Assembly: GCA_964016885.1 (NCBI GenBank) | Contig: OZ024743.1 | Coordinates: 50,220,001-50,284,000 of the forward strand | Origin: Eledone cirrhosa | Lineage: Eukaryota | Reading direction: 5' to 3' | Length of the DNA stretch: 64,000 nt | Part shown: piece after piece, positions 27,466 to 41,694 of the stretch | Layout: each line of letters opens with the position of its first letter | Position numbering within the stretch: position 1 is the first letter of the stretch | Notes under the pieces: model-generated | What the model was told of the DNA's origin: nothing | Database searches by the model: none | Seen by the model: only the letters and a program-made list of their open reading frames with translations | Position numbers and translations under genes: made by a program

Positions 27466-30400
27466 AACAACAACACCAACACCTGCACTACTAACAACAA
27501 GAACACCAACATCTGCACTACTACCAACAACAACACCAACACCTGCAATACTAACGACAACAACACCAACACCTGCACTACTAAAGACAACAACACCAAC
27601 ACCTGCACTACTAACGACAACAGCACCAACACCTGCAATACTAACGACAACAACACCAACACCTGCAATACTAACGACAACAACACCAACACCTGCACTA
27701 ATAACGACAACAACACCAACACCTGCACTACTACCAACAACAACACCAACACCTGCAAAACTAACGACAACAACACCAACACCTGCAATACTAACGACAA
27801 CAACACCAACACCTGCACTACTAACAACAACAACACCAACACCTGCACTACTAACAACAACAACAACACCAACACCTACACTACTAACGACAACAACACC
27901 AACACCTGCACTACTAACAACACCAACACCAACACCTGCACTACTAACAACAACAACACCAACACCTGCACTACTAACGACAACAACACCAACACCTGCA
28001 CTACTAACAACAACAACACCAACACATGCACTACTAACAACAACAACACCAACACCTGCACTACTAACAACAACAACACCAACACCTGCAGTACTAACGA
28101 CAACAGCACCAACACCTGCACTACTAACAACAACAACACCAACACCTGCACTACTAACAACAACAACACCAACACATGCACTACTAACAACAACAACACC
28201 AACACCTGCACTACTACCAACAACAACACCAACACCTGCAGTACTAACGACAACAGCACCAACACCTGCACTACTAACAACAACAACACCAACACCTGCA
28301 CTACTAACAACAACAACACCAACACCTGCACTACTAACAACAACAGCACCAACACCTGCACTACTAACAACAACAACACCAACACCTGCACTACTAACAA
28401 CAACAACACCAACACCTGCACTACTAACAACAACAGCACCAACACCTTCACTACTAACAACAACAACACCAACATCTGCACTACTACCAACAACAACACC
28501 AACACCTGCACTACTAACGACAACAACACCAACACCTGCACTACTAACAACAACAACACCAACACATGCACTACTACCAACAACAACACCAACACCTGCA
28601 CTACTAACAACAACAACACCAACACCTGCACTACTAACAACAACAACACCAACACCTGCACTACTAACGACAACAACACCAACACCTGCACTACTACCAA
28701 CAACAACACCAACACCTGCAGTACTAACGACAACAGCACCAACACCTGCACTACTAACGACAACAGCACCAACACCTGCACTACTAACAACAACAGCACC
28801 AACATCTGCACTACTACCAACAACAACACCAACACATGCACTACTAACGACAATAACACCAACACCTGCACTACTAACAACAAGAACACCAACATCTGCA
28901 CTACTACCAACAACAAGACCAACACCTGCAATACTAACGACAACAACACCAACACCTGCACTACTAAAGACAACAACACCAACACCTGCACTACTAACGA
29001 CAACAGCACCAACACCTGCAATACTAACGACAACAACACCAACACCTGCAATACTAACGACAACAACACCAACACCTGCACTAATAACGACAACAACACC
29101 AACACCTGCACTACTACCAACAACAACACCAACACCTGCAAAACTAACGACAACAACACCAACACCTGCAATACTAACGACAACAACACCAACACCTGCA
29201 CTACTAACAACAACAACACCAACACCTGCACTACTAACAACAACAACAACACCAACACCTACACTACTAACGACAACAACACCAACACCTGCACTACTAA
29301 CAACACCAACACCAACACCTGCACTACTAACAACAACAACACCAACACCTGCACTACTAACGACAACAACACCAACACCTGCACTACTAACAACAACAAC
29401 ACCAACACATGCACTACTAACAACAACAACACCAACACCTGCACTACTAACAACAACAACACCAACACCTGCACTACTAACAACAACAACACCAACACCT
29501 GCACTACTAACGACAACAACACCAACACCTGCACTACTACCAGCAACAACACCAACACCTGCAGTACTAACGACAACAGCACCAACACCTGCACTACTAA
29601 CGACAACAGCACCAACACCTGCACTACTAACAACAACAGCACCAACATCTGCACTACTACCAACAACAACACCAACACATGCACTACTAACGACAATAAC
29701 ACCAACACCTGCACTACTAACGACAACAACACCAACACCTGCACTACTAAAAACAACAGCACCAACACCTGCACTACTATCAACAACAACACCAACACCT
29801 GCACTACCATCAACAACAACACCAACACCTGCACTACTAACAACAACAACACCAACACCTGCACTACTATCAACAACAACACCAACACCTGCACTACTAA
29901 CAACAACAAACCAACATCTGCACTACTACCAACAACAACACCAACACCTGCACTACTAACAACAACAACACCAACACCTGCACTACTAACAACAACAACA
30001 CCAACACATGCACTACTACCAACAACAACACCAACACATGCACTACTAACGACAACAACACCAACACCTGCACTACTAACAACAACAACACCAACACATG
30101 CACTACTAACAACAACAACACCAACACCTGCACTACTAACAACAACAACACCAACACCTGCACTACTACCAACAACAACACCAACACATGCACTACTATC
30201 AACAACAACACCAACACCTGCACTACTAACAACAACAAACCAACATCTGCACTACTACCAACAACAACACCAACACCTGCACTACCAACGACAACAGCAC
30301 CAACATCTGCACTACTACCAACAGCAACACCAACACATGCACTACTACCAACAACAACACAACACCTGCACTACTAACGACAACAGCACCAACACCTGCA

Positions 30401-33083
30401 CTACTACCAACAACAACACCAACAAATGCACTAATAACGACAACAGCACCAACATCTGCACTACTACCAACAACAACACCAACACATGCACTACTACCAA
30501 CAACAACACCAACACCTGCACTACTAACGACAACAACACCAACACCTGCACTACTAACAACAACAGCACCTACACATGCACTACTAACGACAACAGCACC
30601 AACACCTGCACTACTACCAACAACAACACCAACACCTGCACTACTACCAACAACAACACCAACACCTGCACTACTAACAACAACAACACCAACACCTGCA
30701 CTACTAACAACAACAACACCAACACCTGCACTACCAACGACAACACCACCAACATCTGCACTACTACCAACAACAACACCAACACCTGCACTACTAACAA
30801 CAACAGCATCAACACCTGCACTACTATCAACAACAACACCAACATCTGCACTACTAACGACAACAACACCAACACCTGCACTACTAACAACAACAACACC
30901 AACACCTGCACTACTACCAACAACAACACCAACACATGCACTACTATCAACAACAACACCAACACCTGCACTACTAACAACAACAACACCAACACTGCAC
31001 TACTAAAGACAACAACACCAACACCTGCACTACTAACAACAACAACACCAACACCTGCACTACTACCAACAACAACACCAACACCTGCACTACTAACAAC
31101 AACAACACCAACACCTGCACTACTAACAACAACAACACCAACACCTGCACTACTAACAACAGCAGCACCTACACCTGCACTACTAACAACAACACCAACA
31201 CCTGCACTACTACCAACAACAACACCAACACATGCACTACTATCAACAACAACACCAACACCTGCACTACTACCAACAACAACACCAACACCTGCACTAC
31301 TAACAACAACAACACCAACACCTGCACTACTACCAACAACAACACCAACACATGCACTACTATCAACAACAACACCAACACCTGCACTACTAACAATAAC
31401 AACACCAACACCTGCACTACTAACGACAACAACACCAACACCTGCACTACTACCAACAACAACACCAACACCTGCAGTACTAACGACAACAGCACCAACA
31501 CCTGCACTACTAACAACAACAACACCAACACCTGCACTACTAACAACAACAACACCAACACATGCACTACTAACAACAACAGCACCAACACCTGCACTAC
31601 TAACAACAACAACACCAACACCTGCACTACTAACAACAACAACACCAACACCTGCACTACTAACAACAACAGCACCAACACCTGCACTACTAACAACAAC
31701 AACACCAACACCTGCACTACTAACAACAGCAGCACCTACACCTGCACTACTAACAACAACAACACCAACACCTGCACTACTAACAACAGCAGCACCTACA
31801 CCTGCACTACTAACAACAACAACACCAACACCTGCACTACTAACAACAACACCAACATCTGCACTACTAACGACAACAACACCAACACCTGCACTACTAA
31901 CAACAACAATACCAACACCTGCACTACTACCAACAACAACACCAACACATGCACTACTATCAACAACAACACCAACACCTGCACTACTAACAACAACAGC
32001 TCCAACACCTGCACTACTAACGACAACAACACCAACACCTGCACTACTAACGACAACAACACCAACACCTGCACTACTACCAACAACAACACCAACACCT
32101 GCACTACTAACGACAACAACACCAACACCTGCACTACTACCAACAACAACACCAACACCTGCACTACTACCAACAACAACAACAACACCTGCACTACTAA
32201 CAACAACAACACCAACACCTGCACTACTACCAACAACAACACCAACATCTGCACTACTAACGACAACAACACCAACACCTGCACTACTAACAACAACAAT
32301 ACCAACACCTGCACTACTACCAACAACAACACCAACACATGCACTACTATCAACAACAACACCAACACCTGCACTACTACCAACAACAACACCAACACCT
32401 GCACTACTAACGACAACAACACCAACACCTGCACTACTACCAACAACAACACCAACACCTGCACTACTAACGACAACAACACCAACACCTGCACTACTAA
32501 CAACAACAACACCAACACCTGCACTACTAAAGACAACAGCACCAACACCTGCACTACTAACGACAACAACACCAACACCTGCACTACTACCAACAACAAC
32601 ACCAACACCTGCACTTCTAACAACAACAGCTCCAACACCTGCACTACTACCAACAGCAACACCAACACCTGCACTACTACCAACAACAACACCAACACCT
32701 GCACTACTAACAACAACAGCTCCAACACCTGCACTACTAACAACAGCAACACCAACACCTGCACTACTACCGACAACAACACCAACACAAACACCAACAC
32801 CACCAGCACCACGAATACCACCATCACCACCACCACTACACTACAACAACACCACCACCAACAACAGCAACAACAACAGCAGCACCACCACCAACAACAA
32901 CAACAACACAAACACCAATACCACCACCACCAGCATCAACACCAACAACAACAACAGCAACAACAACAGCAGCACCACCACCAACAACAACAACAACACA
33001 AACACCAATACCACCACCACCAGCATCAACACCAACAACAACAACACCACCAGCAACAACACCAATAATAACAACACCAACAA
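27466..33083. repeat. Minisatellite, 30-bp unit ACAACAACACCAACACCTGCACTACTAACA, decaying into (AAC/ACC)n
   Basis: About 5.3 kb tandem array. A higher-order duplication at offset 1383 bp repeats the same variant order. Confidence 0.97.
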
Positions 33084-33379
33084 AGAATTTCAGTGAAAAT
33101 GAGTGTTGTATGCCAAACTGTTGGTGCCTCTCTGACCAGTTGAGCAAATCGTGAGGAAATGTAGCGCAGTGAGAAGACTTGGATTTCTTGAGAAGGAAGA
33201 TGGCGACGGACCAGAAAACTGAGTCTCATTCATGGTTAGCCCCTCTCACCCTACTTGTAAATATAGATAAACACACACACACACACACACATACATATCC
33301 TCTGTGTGTATATATATATATATGTGTGTGTATATATATATATATTTGTGTGTATATATATATATGTGTGTGTGTGTGT

Positions 33380-33700
33380 GAAGACGCATGGCTTCGTGGT
33401 TAGAGCTTGCAATTGAAAGGTTGTGAGTTCGATTCTCGGACCGGGTGATGCGCTGTTTCCTTGAGTAAGACACTTTATTTCACGTTGCTCTAGTTTACTT
33501 AGCTGTAGAAATGAGTTGCGGCGTCACTGGTGCCAAGCTGTATCTGTCATTGCTTTTCCCTTGGACAACATTGGTGGCGTGGAGAGGGGAGACTGGTATG
33601 CATAGGCGACTGCTGCTCTTCCTTAAACAACCTTGCTCAGGCTTGTGCCTTGGGGGGAAACTTTCTAGGTGCAAAACCATGGTCATCCGTGACTGAGTGG
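33380..33700 (+). mobile_element. tRNA-derived CORE-type SINE, near full length
   Basis: A box TGGCTTCGTGG, B box GAGTTCGATTC, CCTTGAGTAAGACACTTT core and a 3' body. Confidence 0.8.
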
Positions 33701-33763
33701 GGCCAAAGCAAATATGTGTGTGTGGGGGGGGGGGTGCACGTGTGTGTAAATGTGTAGGTTCCC

Positions 33764-34051
<288 letters not shown>

Positions 34052-34282
34052 GAAACACACAGATACATGCGGACGCACACATATATACATGAATGCATCC
34101 GCACCCAACTGTGAGTTAAGGGTGCCAACTTCACCGATGTTGCTCAATGAATGACTGGGACAGACCAATTCAGTTTGAACCAGACTGAACCAGTATCAGA
34201 GTTAAAAATACATTATGAAGAGAGAAGAAACATTTAGATATAATTAGTAATAAAATGTATCATACCTAAACTGTTCCTAAAT

Positions 34283-34370
34283 TCCTCGACTACGTAGTTT
34301 CGTGGCATAAACAAAAACAATATATCAAAGATATAGAGTCCTTGCGAGGTCTGCCGACTTATCAAGAGGA
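34283..34370 (-). ncRNA. Type I hammerhead ribozyme, U3-A8 variant (copy 1)
   Basis: Minus strand: stem I tcctc/gagga, core TTGATAA, stem II gtcggca/tgccac with a branched loop, GAA, palindromic stem III ACTACGTAGT and a GUC triplet. Cut between 34288 and 34287. Confidence 0.8.
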
Positions 34371-34873
34371 TACCTCATTTTACTAGTCTCAAGAACGCGT
34401 CTACACGACGTGAGAAAGAATCCCAAAAGGCGGAGGGGGAGATAGTCACGCGATATAACGGTCGAGAAACAGAGCTAAGCCTCTTATAACCACGAAGAAA
34501 ATACCACGGAGGCGGAGGGGGTATTCATATCGAGGCCGTAGAAGAGGTAGTGAAGAAGGCGAGAAGTATGAGTAATGGAAGCCTTCCAGTTGTCCCCACA
34601 CCTCAAAGATTGCTCGACCAGAGGGAGTTATTAATATATTTAGAAACACACAGATACATGCGGACGCACACATATATACATGAATGCATCCGCACCCAAC
34701 TGTGAGTTAAGGGTGCCAACTTCACCGATGTTGCTCAATGAATGACTGGGACAGACCAATTCAGTTTGAACCAGACTGAACCAGTATCAGAGTTAAAAAT
34801 ACATTATGAAGAGAGAAGAAACATTTAGATATAATTAGTAATAAAATGTATCATACCTAAACTGTTCCTAAAT

Positions 34874-34961
34874 TCCTCGACTACGTAGTTTCGTGGCATA
34901 AACAAAAACAATATATCAAAGATATAGAGTCCTTGCGAGGTCTGCCGACTTATCAAGAGGA
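34874..34961 (-). ncRNA. Type I hammerhead ribozyme, U3-A8 variant (copy 2)
   Basis: Identical to copy 1, shifted by 591 bp. Confidence 0.8.
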
Positions 34962-35464
34962 TACCTCATTTTACTAGTCTCAAGAACGCGTCTACACGAC
35001 GTGAGAAAGAATCCCAAAAGGCGGAGGGGGAGATAGTCACGCGATATAACGGTCGAGAAACAGAGCTAAGCCTCTTATAACCACGAAGAAAATACCACGG
35101 AGGCGGAGGGGGTATTCATATCGAGGCCGTAGAAGAGGTAGTGAAGAAGGCGAGAAGTATGAGTAATGGAAGCCTTCCAGTTGTCCCCACACCTCAAAGA
35201 TTGCTCGACCAGAGGGAGTTATTAATATATTTAGAAACACACAGATACATGCGGACGCACACATATATACATGAATGCATCCGCACCCAACTGTGAGTTA
35301 AGGGTGCCAACTTCACCGATGTTGCTCAATGAATGACTGGGACAGACCAATTCAGTTTGAACCAGACTGAACCAGTATCAGAGTTAAAAATACATTATGA
35401 AGAGAGAAGAAACATTTAGATATAATTAGTAATAAAATGTATCATACCTAAACTGTTCCTAAAT

Positions 35465-35552
35465 TCCTCGACTACGTAGTTTCGTGGCATAAACAAAAAC
35501 AATATATCAAAGATATAGAGTCCTTGCGAGGTCTGCCGACTTATCAAGAGGA
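35465..35552 (-). ncRNA. Type I hammerhead ribozyme, U3-A8 variant (copy 3)
   Basis: Identical to copy 1, shifted by 1182 bp. Confidence 0.8.
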
Positions 35553-35957
35553 TACCTCATTTTACTAGTCTCAAGAACGCGTCTACACGACGTGAGAAAG
35601 AATCCCAAAAGGCGGAGGGGGAGATAGTCACGCGATATAACGGTCGAGAAACAGAGCTAAGCCTCTTATAACCACGAAGAAAATACCACGGAGGCGGAGG
35701 GGGTATTCATATCGAGGCCGTAGAAGAGGTAGTGAAGAAGGCGAGAAGTATGAGTAATGGAAGCCTTCCAGTTGTCCCCACACCTCAAAGATTGCTCGAC
35801 CAGAGGGAGTTATTAATATATTTAGAAACACACAGATACATGCGGACGCACACATATATACATGAATGCATCCGCACCCAACTGTGAGTTAAGGGTGCCA
35901 ACTTCACCGATGTTGCTCAATGATATATATATATTTATATATATATATATATATAAA

Positions 35958-36148
35958 GGGCTTCTACAGGACTAGAACAGTTTCATTTATATGAAGTCCT
36001 CATGACATTTCGGATGATTTCATACGAATGAAACAATTCTAGTCCTGTAGAAGCCATTTATAATAAAGATGCCTATACTCCTATCAATGTATTGAGTACC
36101 TTTTTTAACAGTGGTTACCTCCCACCCCCACCCCACCCGACACGACAC
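35958..36148. repeat. Right arm of ~190-bp inverted repeat
   Basis: Reverse complement of 33764-33953; it directly abuts the PLE RT fragment. Confidence 0.9.
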
Positions 36149-37859
36149 AAACAACTTTGACATCACGATGGGCTCCAGCGACTCAGCACAGGTAGCGGAC
36201 CTGGTTGGGCTCTACCTGCTGAAGCAGACAAAAGATGAAGTCCCCTGCCTGGGCGGTGGATTATATCGTGACGATGCTCTATTCACAGTATATGACCACA
36301 GCACCAATATGTTGGAGGGAATGAGGAGGCGTATTCGCCATTTCTTTAAGAACCAGGGGTTCAGTATAGAACTAGACCCAAATAGGAAGGTAGTTAACTT
36401 CCTAGACACCACCCTAAACCTGAACACCGAACAATACTACCCTACCACAAACTCAACGAGAAACTCGTATACGTTAACGCCAAATCAAACCACCCTAGAT
36501 CCATAACCAAGGCAGTGGCGAAGAGTGTCTCGGACAGGATCTCCAGCCTGTCCGCAAGTAAGGAAATATTCAATAACCACGCAGAATATTACAACGCAGC
36601 TCTAAATAAGGCGGCACATAGCCAAAATATAACATATAGTCCGAAACGCCGGGATGGGGATGGCCCAACGGACACCCACACCTGCGTTGCCCGGGGGGGG
36701 GCGAACCCTAACAATACAGGCAGAGCAGAAACAAATAGGCACCATGTTGCCGACACCACCACACGGGCGTTGGTGACTAGTACGCTTAACCACGAGATGA
36801 AACCCAATATGTTTAGCAGTCTCAGGGGTGACGCTAACCACCCCAGGACCGACGACCCCAACCGCAGGATACGTAGGGAGGGGACCACACCACGATAGAT
36901 CTCCCAGCGCGGGCAACGACCACCGCACAGATTCGGGCCGTGTAGATAACAAAAAGCATAGCGCCCAAAGGGGAAGCAACAGTGCGGGAACCACCAGCTA
37001 CCCAACAAATCTCCAACAAATCACGACGACCCCGACCCACACATATAGGAGGAGACACAGAAAAATCACGTGGTATAACCCACCCTACTCAGCGGCCCTA
37101 AAGAACAGCTTGGCCCGATCATTCTTTGGAGCACTTGATAAATGCTTCCCGAGGGACCATAGATACCACAGGATCTTCAAAAGACACACTGTGAAGTTCT
37201 CGTATTCCACCACGAGAAATCTGGCCCAACACATAGCTAGCATCAACAGGAGTAGGCTTAAAAACCACACACAACCAGAAGATGGCAATACAAGCACTCA
37301 GCTGAACCATGTGAAAGGAGGGAAGGGGGGACCCAGAGCCCACCCAAGAAACCCAAACAGACCCGGGGACCCCCCACCGTGCCTGGGGGAGGACCACCAT
37401 GTAACACCTAACGGGAACCCCAATCTAGACACGCAGAGGTCGACCACCCTCTGCAACTGCAGAAACCCCGAATCATGCCCCCTTGGTAATGAATGCCTTA
37501 AGAAGAACCTAGTATACGGTTGTAGGGTTAAAACCCCCAACTCCGAACACCTCTACATAGGAGCCACATCAACGAGCTTTAAAGACCGCTGGTACAACCA
37601 TCGCCATTCATTCAATAAGGAGGCCAAAAGGAAAAGCACGGCTCTCTCCGACCTGATCTGGAAGCTTAAGCTGGACAGGACCGCGTACTCTCTGGCCTGG
37701 TACATAACCAGGAAAGTACCACCCGATAAAGGGGGATCTGGCATATGCAAACTATGCCTGAACGAGACCCTCGAGATACTAAGAGGTGGAAGCGGCCTGA
37801 TAAACCTCAGAACCGACTTCTTCGGGACATGCAGACACCTCAAGATATATGGACAGTAG
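36149..37859 (+). pseudogene. PLE reverse transcriptase (C-terminal part) plus GIY-YIG endonuclease, frameshifted
   Basis: FDITMGSSDSAQVADLVG, GLYRDDAL, VNFLDTTLNL, ITWYNPPYS, VKFSYS, CNCRNPESCPL, NLVY..LYIGAT.SFKDRWYNH, CKLCLNE, TCRH. Confidence 0.9.
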
Positions 37860-39165
37860 CAACACAAGAAGATGTGAACTCCCCTCAAACTATAGGGACT
37901 TCTCCAGAACATGTAGACACCTCTCGGCCAGACCTCCCTCAAGCTATATGGGCAGTAACAACACCCTAGGTTGGGAACTCCCCTCAAGCCATAGGGAACA
38001 ACCCAGGCTGAGCAGACACCATGATAGCCTAGAGATTGAATCGGACACAGCCATTATAATTTGGCCAACATCTATATAACACAAACACATTTTAATTTAC
38101 CTGATTTCTGATTTTCAATTTCCAATTTTAAATCTTAATTTCTCTTTATTAATTTGTTATTTGTTTTCTGTTCTCTTCACTGTATCACCTTATATTTATT
38201 TTTAAGTTGAGATTGATTATAACACAAACACATTTTGTTTGATTATCTTATTATCTTATTCTTTTATTCTTTTATTATTTTAACATCTTGTTCCTCATAC
38301 CAATCTATCCAACATATTTCTGACCTTGAGATTGGTTATAGCACACACACACTTTATCCTACTTTATTTGAATCTTCATTTTATTTTTTACTTCTCCATA
38401 TTCATTTTCATTACTTTTTCACCAATTTTTCATTTATTCTTTATTCTTTATTCTTTATTCTCTATTTATTATTTATTTTCTGTTTTCTTCATTTATTGCC
38501 TTATATTTCTTCATATACATGGAAGAAACCCCACCACCACCACCACCACCACCACCACCATGGGAGATGGTGGCAGGAGGGATGAAGAAAAAACACACAC
38601 AGATACTTCTAAATTGTCAGCAGCAGCAAGACATAAGCTGACCACAATACCAACAACACTACCGAAATAATGGTAGAGGTCAAATGTACTTAACAATAGC
38701 AAACACAAACACTACAGGGAGCCTCACCCCAGAAAGAATTTCTATAGACTTCTGACTGAGGAATGCTCTCAAAACTGACCAATGGGAAGTTTGACATTGT
38801 CTTGTTATTCTGTTCCTTTACCACCTTGTTCCTTCTACCACTTTATCAATTTTTTAAGCTAACTCCAACAATAACAACACTACCAACACAAGAATTGAGG
38901 TCAGATGTACCTAACAATATCAAGAACAACAACTACAGATTGGCTTGCCTCAGAATGAACTTCTATATACTTTTGAATGAGGAATGTTCTAACAACTGAC
39001 GAATGAGAGAAGAGGCCCTTTGACACTGAAATTCGTTTGTTTCAATTCATATGATTCCAGTTCCTCAGTGAAATAACATCCCAACTAGGAACTGGGCATA
39101 TCAGAGTATTGACAAAATTATACACCTCAACAACATATGTACTTGTCTATACCACACTAATTCGG

Positions 39166-39220
39166 ACTGCCTGAAGAGGTCACAGCCAAAGATGGCTGTC
39201 ACCGAAATATATATAGCAGT
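39166..39220 (+). ncRNA. Minimal type I hammerhead ribozyme in PLE pLTR
   Basis: Stem I actgc/gcagt, CTGAAGA, stem II ggtcacagcc/ggctgtcacc, GAA, palindrome ATATATAT and an AUA triplet (cut after 39215). AATAAA follows immediately. Confidence 0.85.
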
Positions 39221-39261
39221 AATAAACGAAGCTAAATTTTAAACATTTGACTTTTTATTTT

Positions 39262-39330
<69 letters not shown>

Positions 39331-39333
<3 letters not shown>

Positions 39334-40438
39334 CAGGATCATCTGAAACAGAAAAATCAATCTGTAGACGCAGAAGTAAATATTTCAAAAACATTACGAC
39401 CAAATATTATCTTTAGAAAATGTATGGAAGGATAATTACACAATTTTTGTGGAACGAGAAGAACAAATTCTTGCTATAGAGAAAACATAAGAAAAATAGA
39501 TCTAGCGCATATAGATTGGCAGTATCGGTAGAGGGTCGGACGCCATGCTTTGACGCATAGAGTTACGGCCCTTGCCATTCTGTGTTCAAATCCCACCGAG
39601 GTTAACTTCGCCTTTCATCCTTACGGGGTCGATAAAATAAAGTACCAGTAATAAACTGGGACAATTGCTGGCCTTGTGCCAAAAATAGAAACAATTATAT
39701 GATGTGACACACAATATAATATGGAAGTGGCCACACCAATAGCTAAAGCTTTCCTTACATTAATTAGGAAGCATTTCCCCATACCAGATAAATATCACAA
39801 GATTTTTAATAGAAAACAGTTAAAATATCCTAATCGACAATTCCCAACCTCGCACACAACATCACTGCATCTTACTTAACTTCATTACCTAGCCGTAGTA
39901 ATATAAACATTCCTGGAATTAGTTCTAATAGGGACTACTACCCTCTAGCCGGGAAATCAAGCAATATAGTACAAATGTAAGGTTGATATACCCACTACTA
40001 GTAAGGCTTAGATAGGATTAACTGCCAGTAGATTTAAACAACGTCTGTACATGCACTCTCATTCATTCCGGAACCATTGAAGAAGGAATATGATTCACTT
40101 TCAGCCTATATCTGGAGTTTAAAAAACAATAATATCCGATATAGGTTTTCCATATATGGTTGCTGGAAACTATTCGGCTATTCTAAAAAGAACATTAGTC
40201 TTCTGATTTTTTTCATAACAAGTATATGTATTTTTTCTATAGCAAGATTTTGTTTTTCCCGCTTCACATAAAGACGTAAATATCTTTGCATATATTTCGC
40301 CCATCTCAAGACAACGTCTTCACGCACAATCGTTATGTCTTCCTGTTTTCTAAAGACAAGATTTGGTTGTAACGTTTTTTGAAATATTTACTTCTGCGTC
40401 TACAGATTGATTTTTCTCAGTTTCAGATGATCCCGCTT
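39331..40438 (+). mobile_element. Decayed PLE fragment bounded by ~75-bp inverted repeats, with an inserted SINE
   Basis: 39331-39405 is the reverse complement of about 40361-40438. The interior reads KYHKIFNRK..VKIS, IGLTASRFKQRLYMHSHSF and SLSAYIWSLK, homologous to the 37100-37700 region. Confidence 0.75.
39514..39698 (+). mobile_element. Full-length Nin/Deu-core tRNA SINE
   Basis: A box TGGCAGTATCGG, B box GTTCAAATCC, core and tail. Confidence 0.9.
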
Positions 40439-40522
40439 AGGGTGAAAGCAGAAATTTATTTCTGAAACTTTTAATCTGTACTAATGATAAATATTTTCTC
40501 TATCGGTTTATATACATATATA

Positions 40523-40639
<117 letters not shown>

Positions 40640-40673
40640 CTTATCACGATCTCTTTGGATTTAGTATTTATAT

Positions 40674-40710
<37 letters not shown>

Positions 40711-41345
40711 AAAATATATACATACACACGCACGTATTTGTGTGTGTGTGTGTGTGTGTGTGTGTAGCTCAACACTTATAGACAACATAAGGAAAGTATT
40801 CCAGCCATGACCATCTCGTCACTTTATAAATCTAGGCCTACATGATCTCATATGTTCTTCCTCTTCCGTTTCATTGTTAAGAAGTTATGAATTTTTGGTT
40901 GCTATTTCTAGCCGGTTGCAGCGACCACGGAGAAAGATGTTCCTTGGTTGACTTGGTTCACAGTCAAAGTAATGACGTCAGTTGTCAGATCGAGGCCAAT
41001 GTTTGTTGGAAAGAAAGACGAACGAAAGGAAATTTGCCAAGTTTGCTGAGTGGATGTAAAAGCTGTTGGCTGCGGAAGATCTTCAATATTTTGTGTCATC
41101 ATCAATCATAGAAATAATAATGAACATGAAAACTTAGCTACTTGCCATAATTCTATGGAAATACACCGTGCTACAATTCTAATAGACTTCTTCTAACTTT
41201 ATATCAAACGTGGTAAACAACAAATCAGGGTGCGGGAAAATAAAGATTGGACCAAAAAAACCATGATTCCTTTGGTTTTCCATTGCCGGCCACAACTCCT
41301 AGCAGAAGATATGTACACCACCAACACATATACACACATGTGAAT

Positions 41346-41388
<43 letters not shown>

Positions 41389-41433
41389 ATGGAATACTGT
41401 TAGCTTATCGCTAAAACAATTTCTATACCTTTC

Positions 41434-41468
<35 letters not shown>

Positions 41469-41511
41469 CTACTCAATACAAAGCAGAGTATAAATATTTA
41501 ATATAGAAAAG

Positions 41512-41560
41512 GCTTCTACAGGACTAGAACTGTTTCATTCCGGAGAAATCGTCAGGAAGC
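41512..41560 (-). ncRNA. Type I hammerhead ribozyme
   Basis: Minus strand: stem I gcttc/gaagc, CTGACGA, short stem II ttc-tccg-gaa, GAA, stem III ACAG-ttctagtc-CTGT and a GUA triplet. Confidence 0.75.
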
Positions 41561-41694
41561 AGCTGTCCAAGTAATATGGTGGTATTTATATCTTTTATGG
41601 TGGTAGGAGAGGGTGGTGATTGGGATGGGTGGAGGTCATTGGTTGATGGGTTTAAAGAAAATGCCATTCTTTAAAAACTATATATATATACATA

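Larger units (their letters stand above)
36149..39265 (+). mobile_element. 5'-truncated Penelope-like retroelement (Hydra-clade-like) with 3' pLTR
   Basis: RT fragment plus GIY-YIG, a long 3' region with an HHR at 39166 and AATAAA, ending in (TA)n. Confidence 0.85.

Noticed and set aside
34446-35855. Three identical 75-aa ORFs in the 591-bp units
   Set aside because: Non-ATG start and no recognisable domain; their identity simply follows from the tandem repeat.
40300-40400. Hammerhead in the 40361-40438 inverted repeat (GAAATATTTA)
   Set aside because: Only the GAAA and a palindrome remain; there is no intact CUGANGA or stem I partner.
40887-41160. Possible host exon in unique sequence
   Set aside because: Short frames on both strands with no recognisable homology.
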